The notes under the pieces were generated by a model. It worked only from the letters and a program-made list of their open reading frames with translations, ran no database searches and had not been told where the DNA came from. Below are positions 10,394 through 20,128 of a stretch of DNA of 50,964 nucleotides, one piece after another. The DNA comes from Candidatus Poseidoniales archaeon. Its GTDB lineage: Archaea > Thermoplasmatota > Poseidoniia > Poseidoniales > Poseidoniaceae. Every line of letters starts with the position of its first letter. Positions within the stretch are counted from its first letter, which is position 1. The DNA lies in contig QXYA01000101.1 of the NCBI GenBank assembly GCA_009887135.1, positions 1-50,964 on the forward strand, in the 5' to 3' direction. Position numbers and translations under genes: made by a program.

Positions 10394-11978
10394 TGTCTTT
10401 ATTGTAATGAAGGCCTCTGTTCTCAGTTCGCTCATTTGCATCTTCGGCTACAAGTCGACCAACCAAAATCATATTGCGAAGTTCCACGATTTCACGTGTG
10501 GGAATACTCGCTTTCCAAATAGCATCAATCTCTTGCTCCAAGAGAATCAGGCGACGAATGGCTCGTTGAAGTCGTGAATATTTCCTCGATATACCGACTT
10601 CATATCGCATCGTCTGATTCAATGTTGTACGGTCATGAGCGATGGGTCCATGTTCAGATAAGGTGTCGAGTCCATCGGATCTCCACTCAGGGAGTTGTTG
10701 AGGATTGGATTGAGGTTGATTTTTAATCAGATATTCTGAGGTTTGATGAGCAAAAACAACGGCTTCCAACAAACTGTTCGAGGCTAACCTGTTTGCTCCG
10801 TGCATACCAGTGCAAGCCACTTCACCGATGGCAAATAGACCAGGTATGACGTGATTATTGGAGGCGAGCAAAGCTCTTCCGTGAATGTCAACTTTCATTC
10901 CACCAACCATGTAGTGTGCGGCAGGGCCAACTGGTAATGGGTCCTTTCCAAGAGTCAATCCATAGGTCTCTAGACGATCAGCAATCATTGGAAATCGTAG
11001 TTTTAATTTCTCACTCTCAAGGTGCTGAGTTACAAGCCAAACATGTGACTTTCCAGTCTCAGCAAGTCTTTGATCGATTGCTCTGGCAACGATGTCTCTG
11101 GTTGCCATCGATCCTTCTTTTGATGCCGTAAGCGTGAACGAGAGTTCAGCAGGGTCCTGTTTTTTGTTTTTACACCATTCAACATATCCTTCATGGTCAA
11201 GAAGAACTGCTCCTTCACCTCGAAGGGCTTCTGTAATCAAAAATGGGCGCTCACCTTCCATCATTAAGGCTGTTGGATGGAATTGAACATAGGCCATACT
11301 TTCTATGCAAGCACCTGTTCTATAGGCCATAGCGACTCCATCTCCAGTAGCAACTGATGGATTTGTTGTCTTATCCCATAGTTGTCCTGCACCACCTGTT
11401 GCCAGGAGCACTGAATCGCCTGCAATCGTCTCGACTTTCCCAGAATCTTGATCTAATGCCCAGACGCCACATATTCCTTTTTCAGGGGATTTGTGCTCCT
11501 TCTGAATGAGGTCTATTGCTAATGTATTTGGTTTCATGAAAATATTTGGATGACGCTGCGCAGCATCGTTCAAAGCGCGTTCTATTTCTCTCCCTGTCGC
11601 ATCTTTTGCGTGCAGAATACGACGAGATGAATGTCCACCTTCTTGGGCTAATTGGAATTCGCCTTGTGTGGTTTTCTCAAACTGGACGCCAATGTCAAGT
11701 AAATCTTGGATGCGTCCGCCTGCTTCTTCTACAACCATCTGGACAACAGCCCTGTCACACATTCCATCGCCTGCACGCAGGGTATCTGCTACGTGACCCT
11801 CGATTTCGCTAACATTTGTTTTGTCAAGAATAGCTGCAATTCCTCCTTGCGCCCAATTTGTCGAGGAATCTTTTGGACGTTGTTTTGTCAGAACGGTAAC
11901 CGTCTGTCCTGCATTCGCCAACCGAAGCGCGGCAAATAGGCCCGCGATTCCAGTACCGATGATGAGCACTCTTGGCAT
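10374..11978 (-). CDS. nadB: L-aspartate oxidase
   Basis: FAD-binding 'IIGTGIAGL', 'NWAQGGIAA', 'EGGHSSRRILH', 'QFHPT', 'ITEALRGEGA', 'GMHGANRLASNSLLE'. Confidence 0.93.
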   Translation of the reverse strand: MPRVLIIGTGIAGLFAALRLANAGQTVTVLTKQRPKDSSTNWAQGGIAAILDKTNVSEIEGHVADTLRAGDGMCDRAVVQMVVEEAGGRIQDLLDIGVQFEKTTQGEFQLAQEGGHSSRRILHAKDATGREIERALNDAAQRHPNIFMKPNTLAIDLIQKEHKSPEKGICGVWALDQDSGKVETIAGDSVLLATGGAGQLWDKTTNPSVATGDGVAMAYRTGACIESMAYVQFHPTALMMEGERPFLITEALRGEGAVLLDHEGYVEWCKNKKQDPAELSFTLTASKEGSMATRDIVARAIDQRLAETGKSHVWLVTQHLESEKLKLRFPMIADRLETYGLTLGKDPLPVGPAAHYMVGGMKVDIHGRALLASNNHVIPGLFAIGEVACTGMHGANRLASNSLLEAVVFAHQTSEYLIKNQPQSNPQQLPEWRSDGLDTLSEHGPIAHDRTTLNQTMRYEVGISRKYSRLQRAIRRLILLEQEIDAIWKASIPTREIVELRNMILVGRLVAEDANERTENRGLHYNKDIISIDE

Positions 11979-12063
11979 CGTCTGTTCCTAGTCGTCGTGG
12001 TTCTTGACAACATCGGTTTGTTCCTGCGATACTCCTATTTGTTCCCGTCTCTAGGCTCGGTCT

Positions 12064-12822
12064 ATGTTGCGTAAGTTAATCGGTCTAACTGGCTTGTTAA
12101 CTCTCGTTTTTGTTATTGCCAATGTACACTTCGGTGCTATGGCGCCTTATGTGGTCGATGGTGCGCCGAATTCTAGGCTTGATGTTCTTCGATTAGCTGA
12201 CCCTGGATGTACAATTCCAGAAATGGAGAAAGAAATTTCGGAGACAGGTAACGCCTTCTGTCTTTCTGAATCAGGTACCTGGGGTACAGCTGATATCATG
12301 CTCTTGTGCTGGGGCTTGCTGATTGTAACTGCAGGGCGATTCAGAATGCCCGCTAATCCTAAACTTGCTCGAAGAATACGTCGAATGATGATGATTTCAG
12401 GTTCGATGCTCTTTGGATTGGCAATTCTAGATCGCTTTGAACTATTGCCTACAGGGGCAAATTCAGAGTCTCTCTCGGATTTGATTCCACTTCCACTATC
12501 TTCTTGGCTTGTCCAAATCATCATGGCTGTTGTCGGTGCTTTACTCCTTAGAGGTCCGAAGTATCACGTTTCTGAGTTTGAAGAAAACTACCGTTCACTC
12601 GAATCCGAACGCGAGAAGGAATTGAGAATGCAACAAGTATTCAATGAAAAAGCACGTTCTATGGCTGCTTCAAAAGAAGGAATTGCAAAGAGAAGTCGAT
12701 TATTGGACAGAGATGCCGGACTTGTTCCATTCAGGACACGAACCTCTCCAAGAGTACGTGCAACTTGCCCATATTGCAAAGGCGGCGGTTGCAAAGAGTG
12801 TAGGATGGCTGGTGTTGTCTGA
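12064..12822 (+). CDS. Hypothetical membrane protein (about 4 TM) with C-terminal CxxCxGxGCxxC zinc-finger-like motif
   Basis: Hydrophobic segments in the N-terminal 165 aa, charged helical tail, ends 'CPYCKGGGCKECRMAGVV'. Confidence 0.7.
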   Translation: MLRKLIGLTGLLTLVFVIANVHFGAMAPYVVDGAPNSRLDVLRLADPGCTIPEMEKEISETGNAFCLSESGTWGTADIMLLCWGLLIVTAGRFRMPANPKLARRIRRMMMISGSMLFGLAILDRFELLPTGANSESLSDLIPLPLSSWLVQIIMAVVGALLLRGPKYHVSEFEENYRSLESEREKELRMQQVFNEKARSMAASKEGIAKRSRLLDRDAGLVPFRTRTSPRVRATCPYCKGGGCKECRMAGVV

Positions 12823-12947
12823 GAAACGGCACCATTTTTACTCCTATCAAACGTGTGCCTCAGACGTATAATCAACCTATTGTTTAAATCCCCTCGACGA
12901 ACGGTGTTCGCGTTAAGGTCAGTGAAATATCTGGCAGAGGGATTGGG

Positions 12948-15900
12948 ATGTTTCTAAAAGCACTTGAAATGGAGAACTTCAAATCGTTTCGTGGAGAGGT
13001 AGTAATACCTCTTGATCGTGGCTTTTCAGCAATTACAGGCCCTAATGGATCTGGCAAGTCCAACTGTGGAGATGGCATCCAATTTGTATTGGGGCCTAAA
13101 TCGACTCGAACCATTCGAGCTCAAAACACAAAGCAGTTGATGTTCAATGGTGCTGAGGGATACAAACCTGCTCGTAATTGTACAGTGACATTGGTATTTG
13201 GAAATCCTGTCCTCTCAAACGGAAGACGACGCCTCCCTATCGAAAACGATGAAGTCCGCATGACTCGATCAATTCGATTAACAGCCTCGGATAACGTCGT
13301 TTCCTCATACTTACTCGACGGAGAAGAAAGTTCTCAGAAATCGTTCCACCGTTTACTCAATGCTGCAAATGCACGTCCTGATGGCTACAATATTGTTCTT
13401 CAAGGCGACGTAACAGGTTTGGCTCGAATGACTCCTATTGAACGCCGTAAAGTTCTGGATGGAGTTGCTGGTGTAACATCCTATGATGATGAAATTCGTA
13501 AAGCTAAGAAACAACAGGACAACGTCGATTCTTATCTTGAACGAATTGGTATGCTTCAAGAAGAGCAACAAGTGCGTCTTAAGGAACTCTCAGAAGAGAG
13601 GAAAATTGCTGTTAAAGCTCAGTCGATCACAGATGAACTTACACTTTCTCGTTCTCAACGGTATCAAGCCATGTATGCAAGTTTACAATTTGAACTTCAA
13701 CACCAAATCGAAGAACAACTTCGGTATGTAGAAGAAGCTTCTGCCCTGGAAGGGGAAGTCAAAGAAGGAAGTAAAACACTTGTCAGATTAGATGACCGGA
13801 TTGGTGAAATCCAGAAACAAATCGATGACCTACTCGGTGGGGACGGTAATGCACTCTCTCAAGCCATTCACAGTTTGCGGGTTCAAGTCGACAGAGATAA
13901 AGATCGTATTGAAGATGCCAAACAAGCAGATATTGATGATAATGAAGAACTCGAGATATCACTTGAACGCTACAATGAAGCTGCTCATGCTCTCGAATTG
14001 TTGCTCACAGAAGTCAAAACCAGTAAGGCTCAACTTGAAGAATGCGAGAGAATGTTGGCTGAAGCACAATCTGAGGAAGATGAAGTACGTTCACTTCTCG
14101 AAGGTTCAGGTAAAACCAATGCGGAACTCAACAGAGCACTGGGGGATGCTATTGGGGCGCTTGAAGAAGCGAAAAAAGCAGTTGCTGCAGCCCAATCAGA
14201 AGTTGATAGGACTGCTGCTCAAGTCGAAATCATCGCATCCTCTCTTGGGGAAGCAGAAGAAAAATTCGAGGAATCTCGACTTGAACTTGAAGAAAAAGAA
14301 GCAGAATTCAAAGCTGTTAGTGGTTCAGGAAAGAAGGTTGATCGTTCTTCTTTAACACAAGGAATCATCGATTCAGAGAAAGCAGAATCAAGGCTACTCG
14401 AGGAAAACGCAGCAATTGAACGGAGAATGACGGAAACAGAGCGTCAACTTCGTTCTGCCAGGGCAGAACTCGAATCTAAATCAAATTCCAAAGGAATGGC
14501 AGGAGGGGCCGCAGCAGTGCTAGGGGCACGAGATCGTGGCGAATTACGAGGCGTTATCGGCACCATTGCAGAACTATGTGGTCCAATAAATGCTGAACAT
14601 GAAACGGCTCTTGCAACTGCATTTGGTGGAGCTATGACCTCCGTTGTGGTCGATTCAGACCAAGTTGCAGCAGAGGCTATTCGTTGGCTTGCTCAGCGTA
14701 AAGCAGGTAGGGCAACATTCCTTCCACTGAATAAATTAACAGCGAACCGGGCCGGTGGAAAAGCAATGATGGTTGCCAGAAAGCCAGGAGTTATCGGATT
14801 TGCATACGAACTTCTCGAATATGATCCACGAATCGATGCAGCAATCAAATTCGCTCTTCGAAATACTCTCATCGTTGACAGTATGGAAATAGCCCGACAA
14901 AACATGGGCGGGGTCCGGCTTGTAACAATGAGGGGAGACATAACCGAAGCAGGTGGTGCGATGGTTGGAGGTTCACGTGCACGTATGTCCGTTGGATTTG
15001 GCGGAGGAATTGCAGGTGCAAAAGAAGTCGAGCGTCTCTCATCAGAGATTGAACGTCTTCGCCTAATGTCAGATACTGTATCTGCAGCACTGGTTGATGT
15101 ACGCGCTGAACAGAAATCATTGCGAAACCAAATCAATGAACTTGCTAATGAAGAAGGGACTCTCAAGAGAGAAACGCTTCGAGCAGAACTTTCAACATTC
15201 AAGAAAACTCATGCGACATTAATTGGTGATGTAAAGAGATTAAAAGAACAACTGCAAGCACTTGAGGCACTTGGAGGCGTTCAACTGGAAGCACTGGATA
15301 CTGCTGAATGCAGTGTGGCTGATGCCGAGATTGTCCGTAAGAATGCTCACAATGCACTTGAAGATGCAAGTCCACAGCATCTGAAAGATCGGTTGCACGA
15401 ATCAACTGTCAAGCGTACAAAAGCCGAAGGCATTCGTTCGAATGCAGAAGTTACGTTGAAAGGTGCATCTGAACGTAAAGATTTACTTACAAACAGTGCT
15501 GATGGCGAGAAAGAACGTATTTTACAACTTGAAACAGGTCTTTCAACGAGAGCTGAATCTGTTATCGCCTTGAAAGCGTCAATTCAAACCAATGGGGCTG
15601 CCCTTGCAGAAAAGGAAGCAGAACGCGCCCAATATCTTGAGGAGAATAAGGGGCTTGAAGATGAGCGATTGGAACTGGTTGAAGAGCGTGCAGGTCTTAA
15701 TTCCTCATTGACTCAAAAAGCCAACCAAGCCCGAAGCCACCGTAATCTTTCTTCTGAATTCGAACGTACGATTCAACAAAAGCGACAGGAACTCCATGGT
15801 GTCGAAATGGACATGGGGGCCACTGGAATTGAACCTGCGGAAGAAGGAACAGTGCTTGACAGTGTTGCAGACATCGATCGTAGAATCCGTCGACTTGAAC

Positions 15901-16817
15901 GACGCTTGGAAGAGTTCGGAATGGTCAACATGCGTGCTATCGAACAATACGATACCGTAGAAGAGCGATTGAATGCTATGGACGGTGACTTCAAGAAACT
16001 CAGAGATCGCAAGAAACAGTTGATTGAAGTTGCAGAACGCCTAGAAGAACAACGTAAGATTCGCTTGATTGCAGTCCTCGAAAAGGTCAATGAGAACTTC
16101 AAGAAGGTGTACAAGGCTGTCAGTAATGGTGGCCGCGGAGAATTATATCTTGAGAATAAAGATGAACCATTCAAAGGTGGTCTTGAACTATGGGCTCAGC
16201 CGAAAGGAAAGTCATCAAATGTTACCCGGCATCAATTATCTGGTGGTGAGCAATCTGTTGCTGCTTTGGCACTTATCTTCGCAATTCAGGATTATGACCC
16301 AAGTCCGTTCTATTACTTTGATGAAGTCGACCAGAATCTTGACAGTGTAAATGCTGAATGTATCGCTAAGATGTGTCGTGAGCGCAGTAAGCGAGCACAA
16401 TTCATCATGGTCACGCTCAGAAAGGTCTCGCTGCAACTCGCCGATCATCACATTGGAATAACTCACGGTGGAGATGGCTGCAGCCGAAGGATTGTGGATT
16501 TCGATCAGGAGCAAGCCATTGCTCTTGGAGAACAAGCTCTCAAGGAAGCCGAAACTGCAGCAGCAACCAATCTGAAGCGGGCAGAAGAAGAGCAAAAAGG
16601 ACTTGCAGAGATGCCAACAGTTCCAGAACCACTTCCTGCTCCACAAAGCCTTGGTGGCTTGTTAAAGCACATGGCAGAGGATGAAAGTATTGCTTCTCTG
16701 ACCGAACGTACACTTGAAACGAATGAGGATATTGAAGAGCGAGCAAAGCTCGTAGAATCAATTGCATCAATGGATGAAGAAGAACAAACTGAATCCTCTA
16801 TAGAAAAGGCTGAATGA
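12948..16817 (+). CDS. smc: Chromosome segregation protein SMC
   Basis: Walker A 'GPNGSGKSN', Q-loop 'VLQGDV', long coiled coils, hinge ('GRATFLPL', 'G.....GG'), signature 'LSGGEQS', Walker B/D-loop 'FYYFDEVDQNLD'. Confidence 0.96.
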   Translation: MFLKALEMENFKSFRGEVVIPLDRGFSAITGPNGSGKSNCGDGIQFVLGPKSTRTIRAQNTKQLMFNGAEGYKPARNCTVTLVFGNPVLSNGRRRLPIENDEVRMTRSIRLTASDNVVSSYLLDGEESSQKSFHRLLNAANARPDGYNIVLQGDVTGLARMTPIERRKVLDGVAGVTSYDDEIRKAKKQQDNVDSYLERIGMLQEEQQVRLKELSEERKIAVKAQSITDELTLSRSQRYQAMYASLQFELQHQIEEQLRYVEEASALEGEVKEGSKTLVRLDDRIGEIQKQIDDLLGGDGNALSQAIHSLRVQVDRDKDRIEDAKQADIDDNEELEISLERYNEAAHALELLLTEVKTSKAQLEECERMLAEAQSEEDEVRSLLEGSGKTNAELNRALGDAIGALEEAKKAVAAAQSEVDRTAAQVEIIASSLGEAEEKFEESRLELEEKEAEFKAVSGSGKKVDRSSLTQGIIDSEKAESRLLEENAAIERRMTETERQLRSARAELESKSNSKGMAGGAAAVLGARDRGELRGVIGTIAELCGPINAEHETALATAFGGAMTSVVVDSDQVAAEAIRWLAQRKAGRATFLPLNKLTANRAGGKAMMVARKPGVIGFAYELLEYDPRIDAAIKFALRNTLIVDSMEIARQNMGGVRLVTMRGDITEAGGAMVGGSRARMSVGFGGGIAGAKEVERLSSEIERLRLMSDTVSAALVDVRAEQKSLRNQINELANEEGTLKRETLRAELSTFKKTHATLIGDVKRLKEQLQALEALGGVQLEALDTAECSVADAEIVRKNAHNALEDASPQHLKDRLHESTVKRTKAEGIRSNAEVTLKGASERKDLLTNSADGEKERILQLETGLSTRAESVIALKASIQTNGAALAEKEAERAQYLEENKGLEDERLELVEERAGLNSSLTQKANQARSHRNLSSEFERTIQQKRQELHGVEMDMGATGIEPAEEGTVLDSVADIDRRIRRLERRLEEFGMVNMRAIEQYDTVEERLNAMDGDFKKLRDRKKQLIEVAERLEEQRKIRLIAVLEKVNENFKKVYKAVSNGGRGELYLENKDEPFKGGLELWAQPKGKSSNVTRHQLSGGEQSVAALALIFAIQDYDPSPFYYFDEVDQNLDSVNAECIAKMCRERSKRAQFIMVTLRKVSLQLADHHIGITHGGDGCSRRIVDFDQEQAIALGEQALKEAETAAATNLKRAEEEQKGLAEMPTVPEPLPAPQSLGGLLKHMAEDESIASLTERTLETNEDIEERAKLVESIASMDEEEQTESSIEKAE

Positions 16818-16824
16818 GGCGATT

Positions 16825-18003
16825 TTGGTGATTCAAAAAGGTCTAGATCAATGGTTCCTTCGCCAGGATGTCATCGATCAATTGCTCCAAAGTGGGGATG
16901 ATGACCTTGAAGGAATCAACGCTTATGCCGACAGAATCATGATGATCGCTCAAACTGAAGAGGCTGAGCATCAAACACTTGACGACCCATTTGACAGAAG
17001 CGTAGCCTTAGTCATGTCTTTGGTTGGTAGTGAAGGATTAGATGCTTGGAATATTGATTTGACCAGTTTTCTGAAACAATTTACAAATCGGGTAAAATCC
17101 CAGGCGAGCGATTTGGATTTACCTGCCTGTGGCCGACTTATTCGTATGGCATGGGAAGTGCTTCATCACCAAGCCGCTCTACTTTTCGATCGTGTACAGT
17201 ATCAAGATCAAGGGGACGAATGGGATACAGGTTTTGATTTCGGTTGGGAAGCAGAGTATGATGACCAAGAATTTCACTTTACCAACACTGTTCTCCAAGG
17301 TGATGCTGACGATGTACTTGCAGGGCTTTTTGATGAGCGAGTACGTCGTGAAGAAGGGCGCCCAGTCACATTAGGTGAACTTCTATCGGCACTAAAGGAT
17401 GCGGCTGAAGATGCTGATGCGATTAAACAACGTGAGGTGAATAGAGCTGTGCATGCAGTCGAATTAGAAGACATGCTCTCGAATGTCGGGGGACGAATGC
17501 ACAATGAAGATTTAGATGGAGATATTGAGCGATGCTGGACAGCTCTTCGTCAAACTACTCAATCAATGGAATCGGATAATGTTCCTCTTTCAGAAGTGAT
17601 GAACGCTCTGCGGCCGATCTTAGAATTGACATTCGGAGTAATTCCTGAAGGTTATGAAAAGGATGCCAAGGTGAGTTCCTTCATTGCCGGATTGTTCCTC
17701 ACTCACAAGGGGATTGCTTCCATTACACAAGGGAATGGGGTTACAGACGTCATTATGATTGAAGATCTGTGGCCACAACTAGGTACCTTTTCTGAAGTCA
17801 TTGAAGCGAGCCAGGAAGAAGATGAAGTGTCTTTAACAAAACGTGAAGACGCCAAAACGGGTTCTATGCTCCATGCTGAGAGATTGCAATTAAGGGCTGA
17901 GAAGGCACGTGAGGCAGAAGAAAAACAGCGCCTGAAGAGGGAGAAGGAACTTCTCCATGAACAACATAAGGTCGATGAAAATCTTGACTGGCTTGTTGAA
18001 TGA
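16825..18003 (+). CDS. scpA: Segregation and condensation protein A (kleisin), extended
   Basis: Sits between smc and scpB; 'LDAWNIDL' and 'RPVTLGELLSALK' are typical archaeal ScpA motifs. Start TTG 16825 or GTG 16828. Confidence 0.8.
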   Translation: MVIQKGLDQWFLRQDVIDQLLQSGDDDLEGINAYADRIMMIAQTEEAEHQTLDDPFDRSVALVMSLVGSEGLDAWNIDLTSFLKQFTNRVKSQASDLDLPACGRLIRMAWEVLHHQAALLFDRVQYQDQGDEWDTGFDFGWEAEYDDQEFHFTNTVLQGDADDVLAGLFDERVRREEGRPVTLGELLSALKDAAEDADAIKQREVNRAVHAVELEDMLSNVGGRMHNEDLDGDIERCWTALRQTTQSMESDNVPLSEVMNALRPILELTFGVIPEGYEKDAKVSSFIAGLFLTHKGIASITQGNGVTDVIMIEDLWPQLGTFSEVIEASQEEDEVSLTKREDAKTGSMLHAERLQLRAEKAREAEEKQRLKREKELLHEQHKVDENLDWLVE

Positions 18004-18012
18004 GGTGATCAT

Positions 18013-18615
18013 ATGACTGAATTAGCATTAGAAACTCTCTTGGAAGCCACTTTGTTCGGATCAGGTAAATCAATGTCAATCCCTGAACTCGCAGAATCTC
18101 TCGGGTATGAGGCGGAAGAGATTACAGAATCGCTGAATACTCTTCAAGGTACTATGAAGCGAAGACGAGGCGGTGCATTGCGACTTGTCGAAATCGGTGG
18201 TAAGTGGGCGATGGAGGTTCGTAATGAGGTTACGGAGCATCTTCCTGCAAGCACCAAGACAGACATGCCAAAGAAGTTACTCAAGGCTGCTGCATTGATT
18301 GCCTATCATCAACCAATGCATCAATCAAGACTTGTTGAATTACTTGGTCAAAAAGCGTATGACTACGTTCGAGAACTTGCTCAGTATGGGATGATTCAAA
18401 GAAGAAAGGAAGGCAACACTCGTCGCTTAACGACTACGCGTCGCTTTTCAGAAGCCTTTGGCTGCCCCCACACTGACCTTCGAAAAGTACGAAAATGGTT
18501 CAGAGAGCAAGTTACTGATGCGGGTCTATTCGATGGGATGGAAGAGGTAGATGCACTACAAGAAATTGGCGAAGATGGCCTTATTCAGGCCACGTTGCCT
18601 CTGGAAGAAGAGTGA
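18013..18615 (+). CDS. scpB: Segregation and condensation protein B
   Basis: 'LEATLF', 'AALIAYHQP', 'TTRRFSEAFG' tandem winged-helix motifs; GAGGTGA RBS. Confidence 0.92.
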   Translation: MTELALETLLEATLFGSGKSMSIPELAESLGYEAEEITESLNTLQGTMKRRRGGALRLVEIGGKWAMEVRNEVTEHLPASTKTDMPKKLLKAAALIAYHQPMHQSRLVELLGQKAYDYVRELAQYGMIQRRKEGNTRRLTTTRRFSEAFGCPHTDLRKVRKWFREQVTDAGLFDGMEEVDALQEIGEDGLIQATLPLEEE

Positions 18616-19911
18616 TTAAGCACGATATGCTTCAAGTATCTCTGAAACTTTAGTTTGAGTAATTGGTCCATCGTGTTCAATCAAGAGTTTCGCAACATCC
18701 TCTATTTCTTTACCTTCTGCACCAGCACTGACGGCCATATTCCTTGCGTGGAGTCTCATGTGACCTTTCTGTATCCCGCTTGTAGCAAGTGCTCTAAGGG
18801 CTCCTAGATTCTGAGCAAGTCCTGCTGCAGCCATCACTGAAGCGAGTTCTTGAGCAGATTCAACACCGAGAATTTCGAGGTTCGTTCGGGCAACAGGATG
18901 TACTTTGGAGGCGCCTCCAACAATCCCAACCGCCATAGGCGTCTCAATTGAACCAACCAGATTACCTTCTGAATCAAGTTCCCAGTGAGTCATGGATCCA
19001 TATCTGCCTTGTGAATAGGCAACATACGCATGACAGCCTGCTTCGATTGCTCTCCAATCTTGGCCACATGCTACAGCAACGGCTGATATGCCGTTCATGA
19101 CGCCTTTGTTATGCGTTGCAGCCCTGTATGGGTCTGCAACTGCAAAATGGTATGCTTCAAGTATGCCTTCAATGATTTTGGAACCATCGAGTTTTTCCCC
19201 GGAGTTACTAATTTCCTCCGGAGTGAACGTAGCCCTTACACGTGCAAGTCTTTCAGTGGCTAGATTGCTTAGAATCCGTAACAAAGCCCTCCCATTGGTT
19301 ATTCGTTCGAGTTCTGGTGCCAGGAGTTCAGCCATTGTATTGACGGCGTTTGCCCCCATCGCATCTCTGCAGTCTACGTGAATGTGGACGATAAACATCT
19401 GTCCCGAGAGAGTTTCTATGCTTCGAGTTGTGATATCTTTGCATCCTCCTCCTAGACGTACCATGGTCGAAGGTAAGCTGTTTGCCAATTTGATTAAGGT
19501 ATCCTTATTCTCAAGAACTCCTTGTTTTGCCTCATCATGATCGTCAATATCTAGGAGTTGAATTTGAGCAATCATCATTGGTCCATCATTGCTTGATGTG
19601 AAACCTCCATGCACATGACAACGCTTAGCCATGTTCGATGCAGCAGCGACAACGCTTGATTCTTCAAGACAAAATGGGATGACATAGTGCTTTTCGTCGA
19701 TGATGAAGTTTGTTGCAACCCCGACTGGGAGGGACATCGTTCCAATGACATTCTCAATCATTCGATCTGCTGCACTATCGTCCAGTTCTCCGTTTTTCGC
19801 TAACGCAGCAACTTGTTCAGGGAGAAGATTAGAACTTTCTGCAATAAGTTGTCGTCGTTCAATGACAGACAGTTTGTAGAATCCTTTCAAGCGGCTGTTA
19901 TTGACAGGCAT
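18616..19911 (-). CDS. mvaA: Hydroxymethylglutaryl-CoA reductase, class II (MvaA/degradative type)
   Basis: 'IENVIG', 'EESSVVAAAS', 'DAMGANAVNT', 'RILSNL', 'THNKG.MNG', 'GIQKGHMRLH'. Start reassigned to ATG 19911 with a purine-rich RBS upstream. Confidence 0.92.
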   Translation of the reverse strand: MPVNNSRLKGFYKLSVIERRQLIAESSNLLPEQVAALAKNGELDDSAADRMIENVIGTMSLPVGVATNFIIDEKHYVIPFCLEESSVVAAASNMAKRCHVHGGFTSSNDGPMMIAQIQLLDIDDHDEAKQGVLENKDTLIKLANSLPSTMVRLGGGCKDITTRSIETLSGQMFIVHIHVDCRDAMGANAVNTMAELLAPELERITNGRALLRILSNLATERLARVRATFTPEEISNSGEKLDGSKIIEGILEAYHFAVADPYRAATHNKGVMNGISAVAVACGQDWRAIEAGCHAYVAYSQGRYGSMTHWELDSEGNLVGSIETPMAVGIVGGASKVHPVARTNLEILGVESAQELASVMAAAGLAQNLGALRALATSGIQKGHMRLHARNMAVSAGAEGKEIEDVAKLLIEHDGPITQTKVSEILEAYRA

Positions 19912-19967
19912 AGTCTCTCTCCCCGTGCGAGCCAGATGTTCTTGAAACATCAACCAATCGGAACAAG

Positions 19968-20022
19968 TTAACGCGTTTAACGCTTTAATTAACGCGTTAA
20001 AAAAGCGTTAATGGTGCGTTAA
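19968..20022. repeat. Nested inverted-repeat array of six TTAACGC units around the perfect palindrome TTAACGCGTTAA
   Basis: TTAACGC at 19968, 19977, 19989; GCGTTAA at 19994, 20005, 20016. TTAACGCTTT (19977-19986) pairs perfectly with AAAGCGTTAA (20002-20011). Located in a divergent intergenic region. Confidence 0.85.
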
Positions 20023-20128
20023 TAGGGGTTGTTTATAGATTCTCGTCGTCGGATTAACGTGTCCTAACAGGTCTCTCATAGCCCCAAATTCCATGAAAGG
20101 TCATATACTTGTTCGAAGTTGCTCGTAC

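Noticed and set aside
19968-20022. CRISPR array or tRNA interpretation of the repeat cluster
   Set aside because: Units are 7 bp with 2-5 bp gaps, with no 25-40-bp repeat/spacer structure, no cas genes and no cloverleaf.
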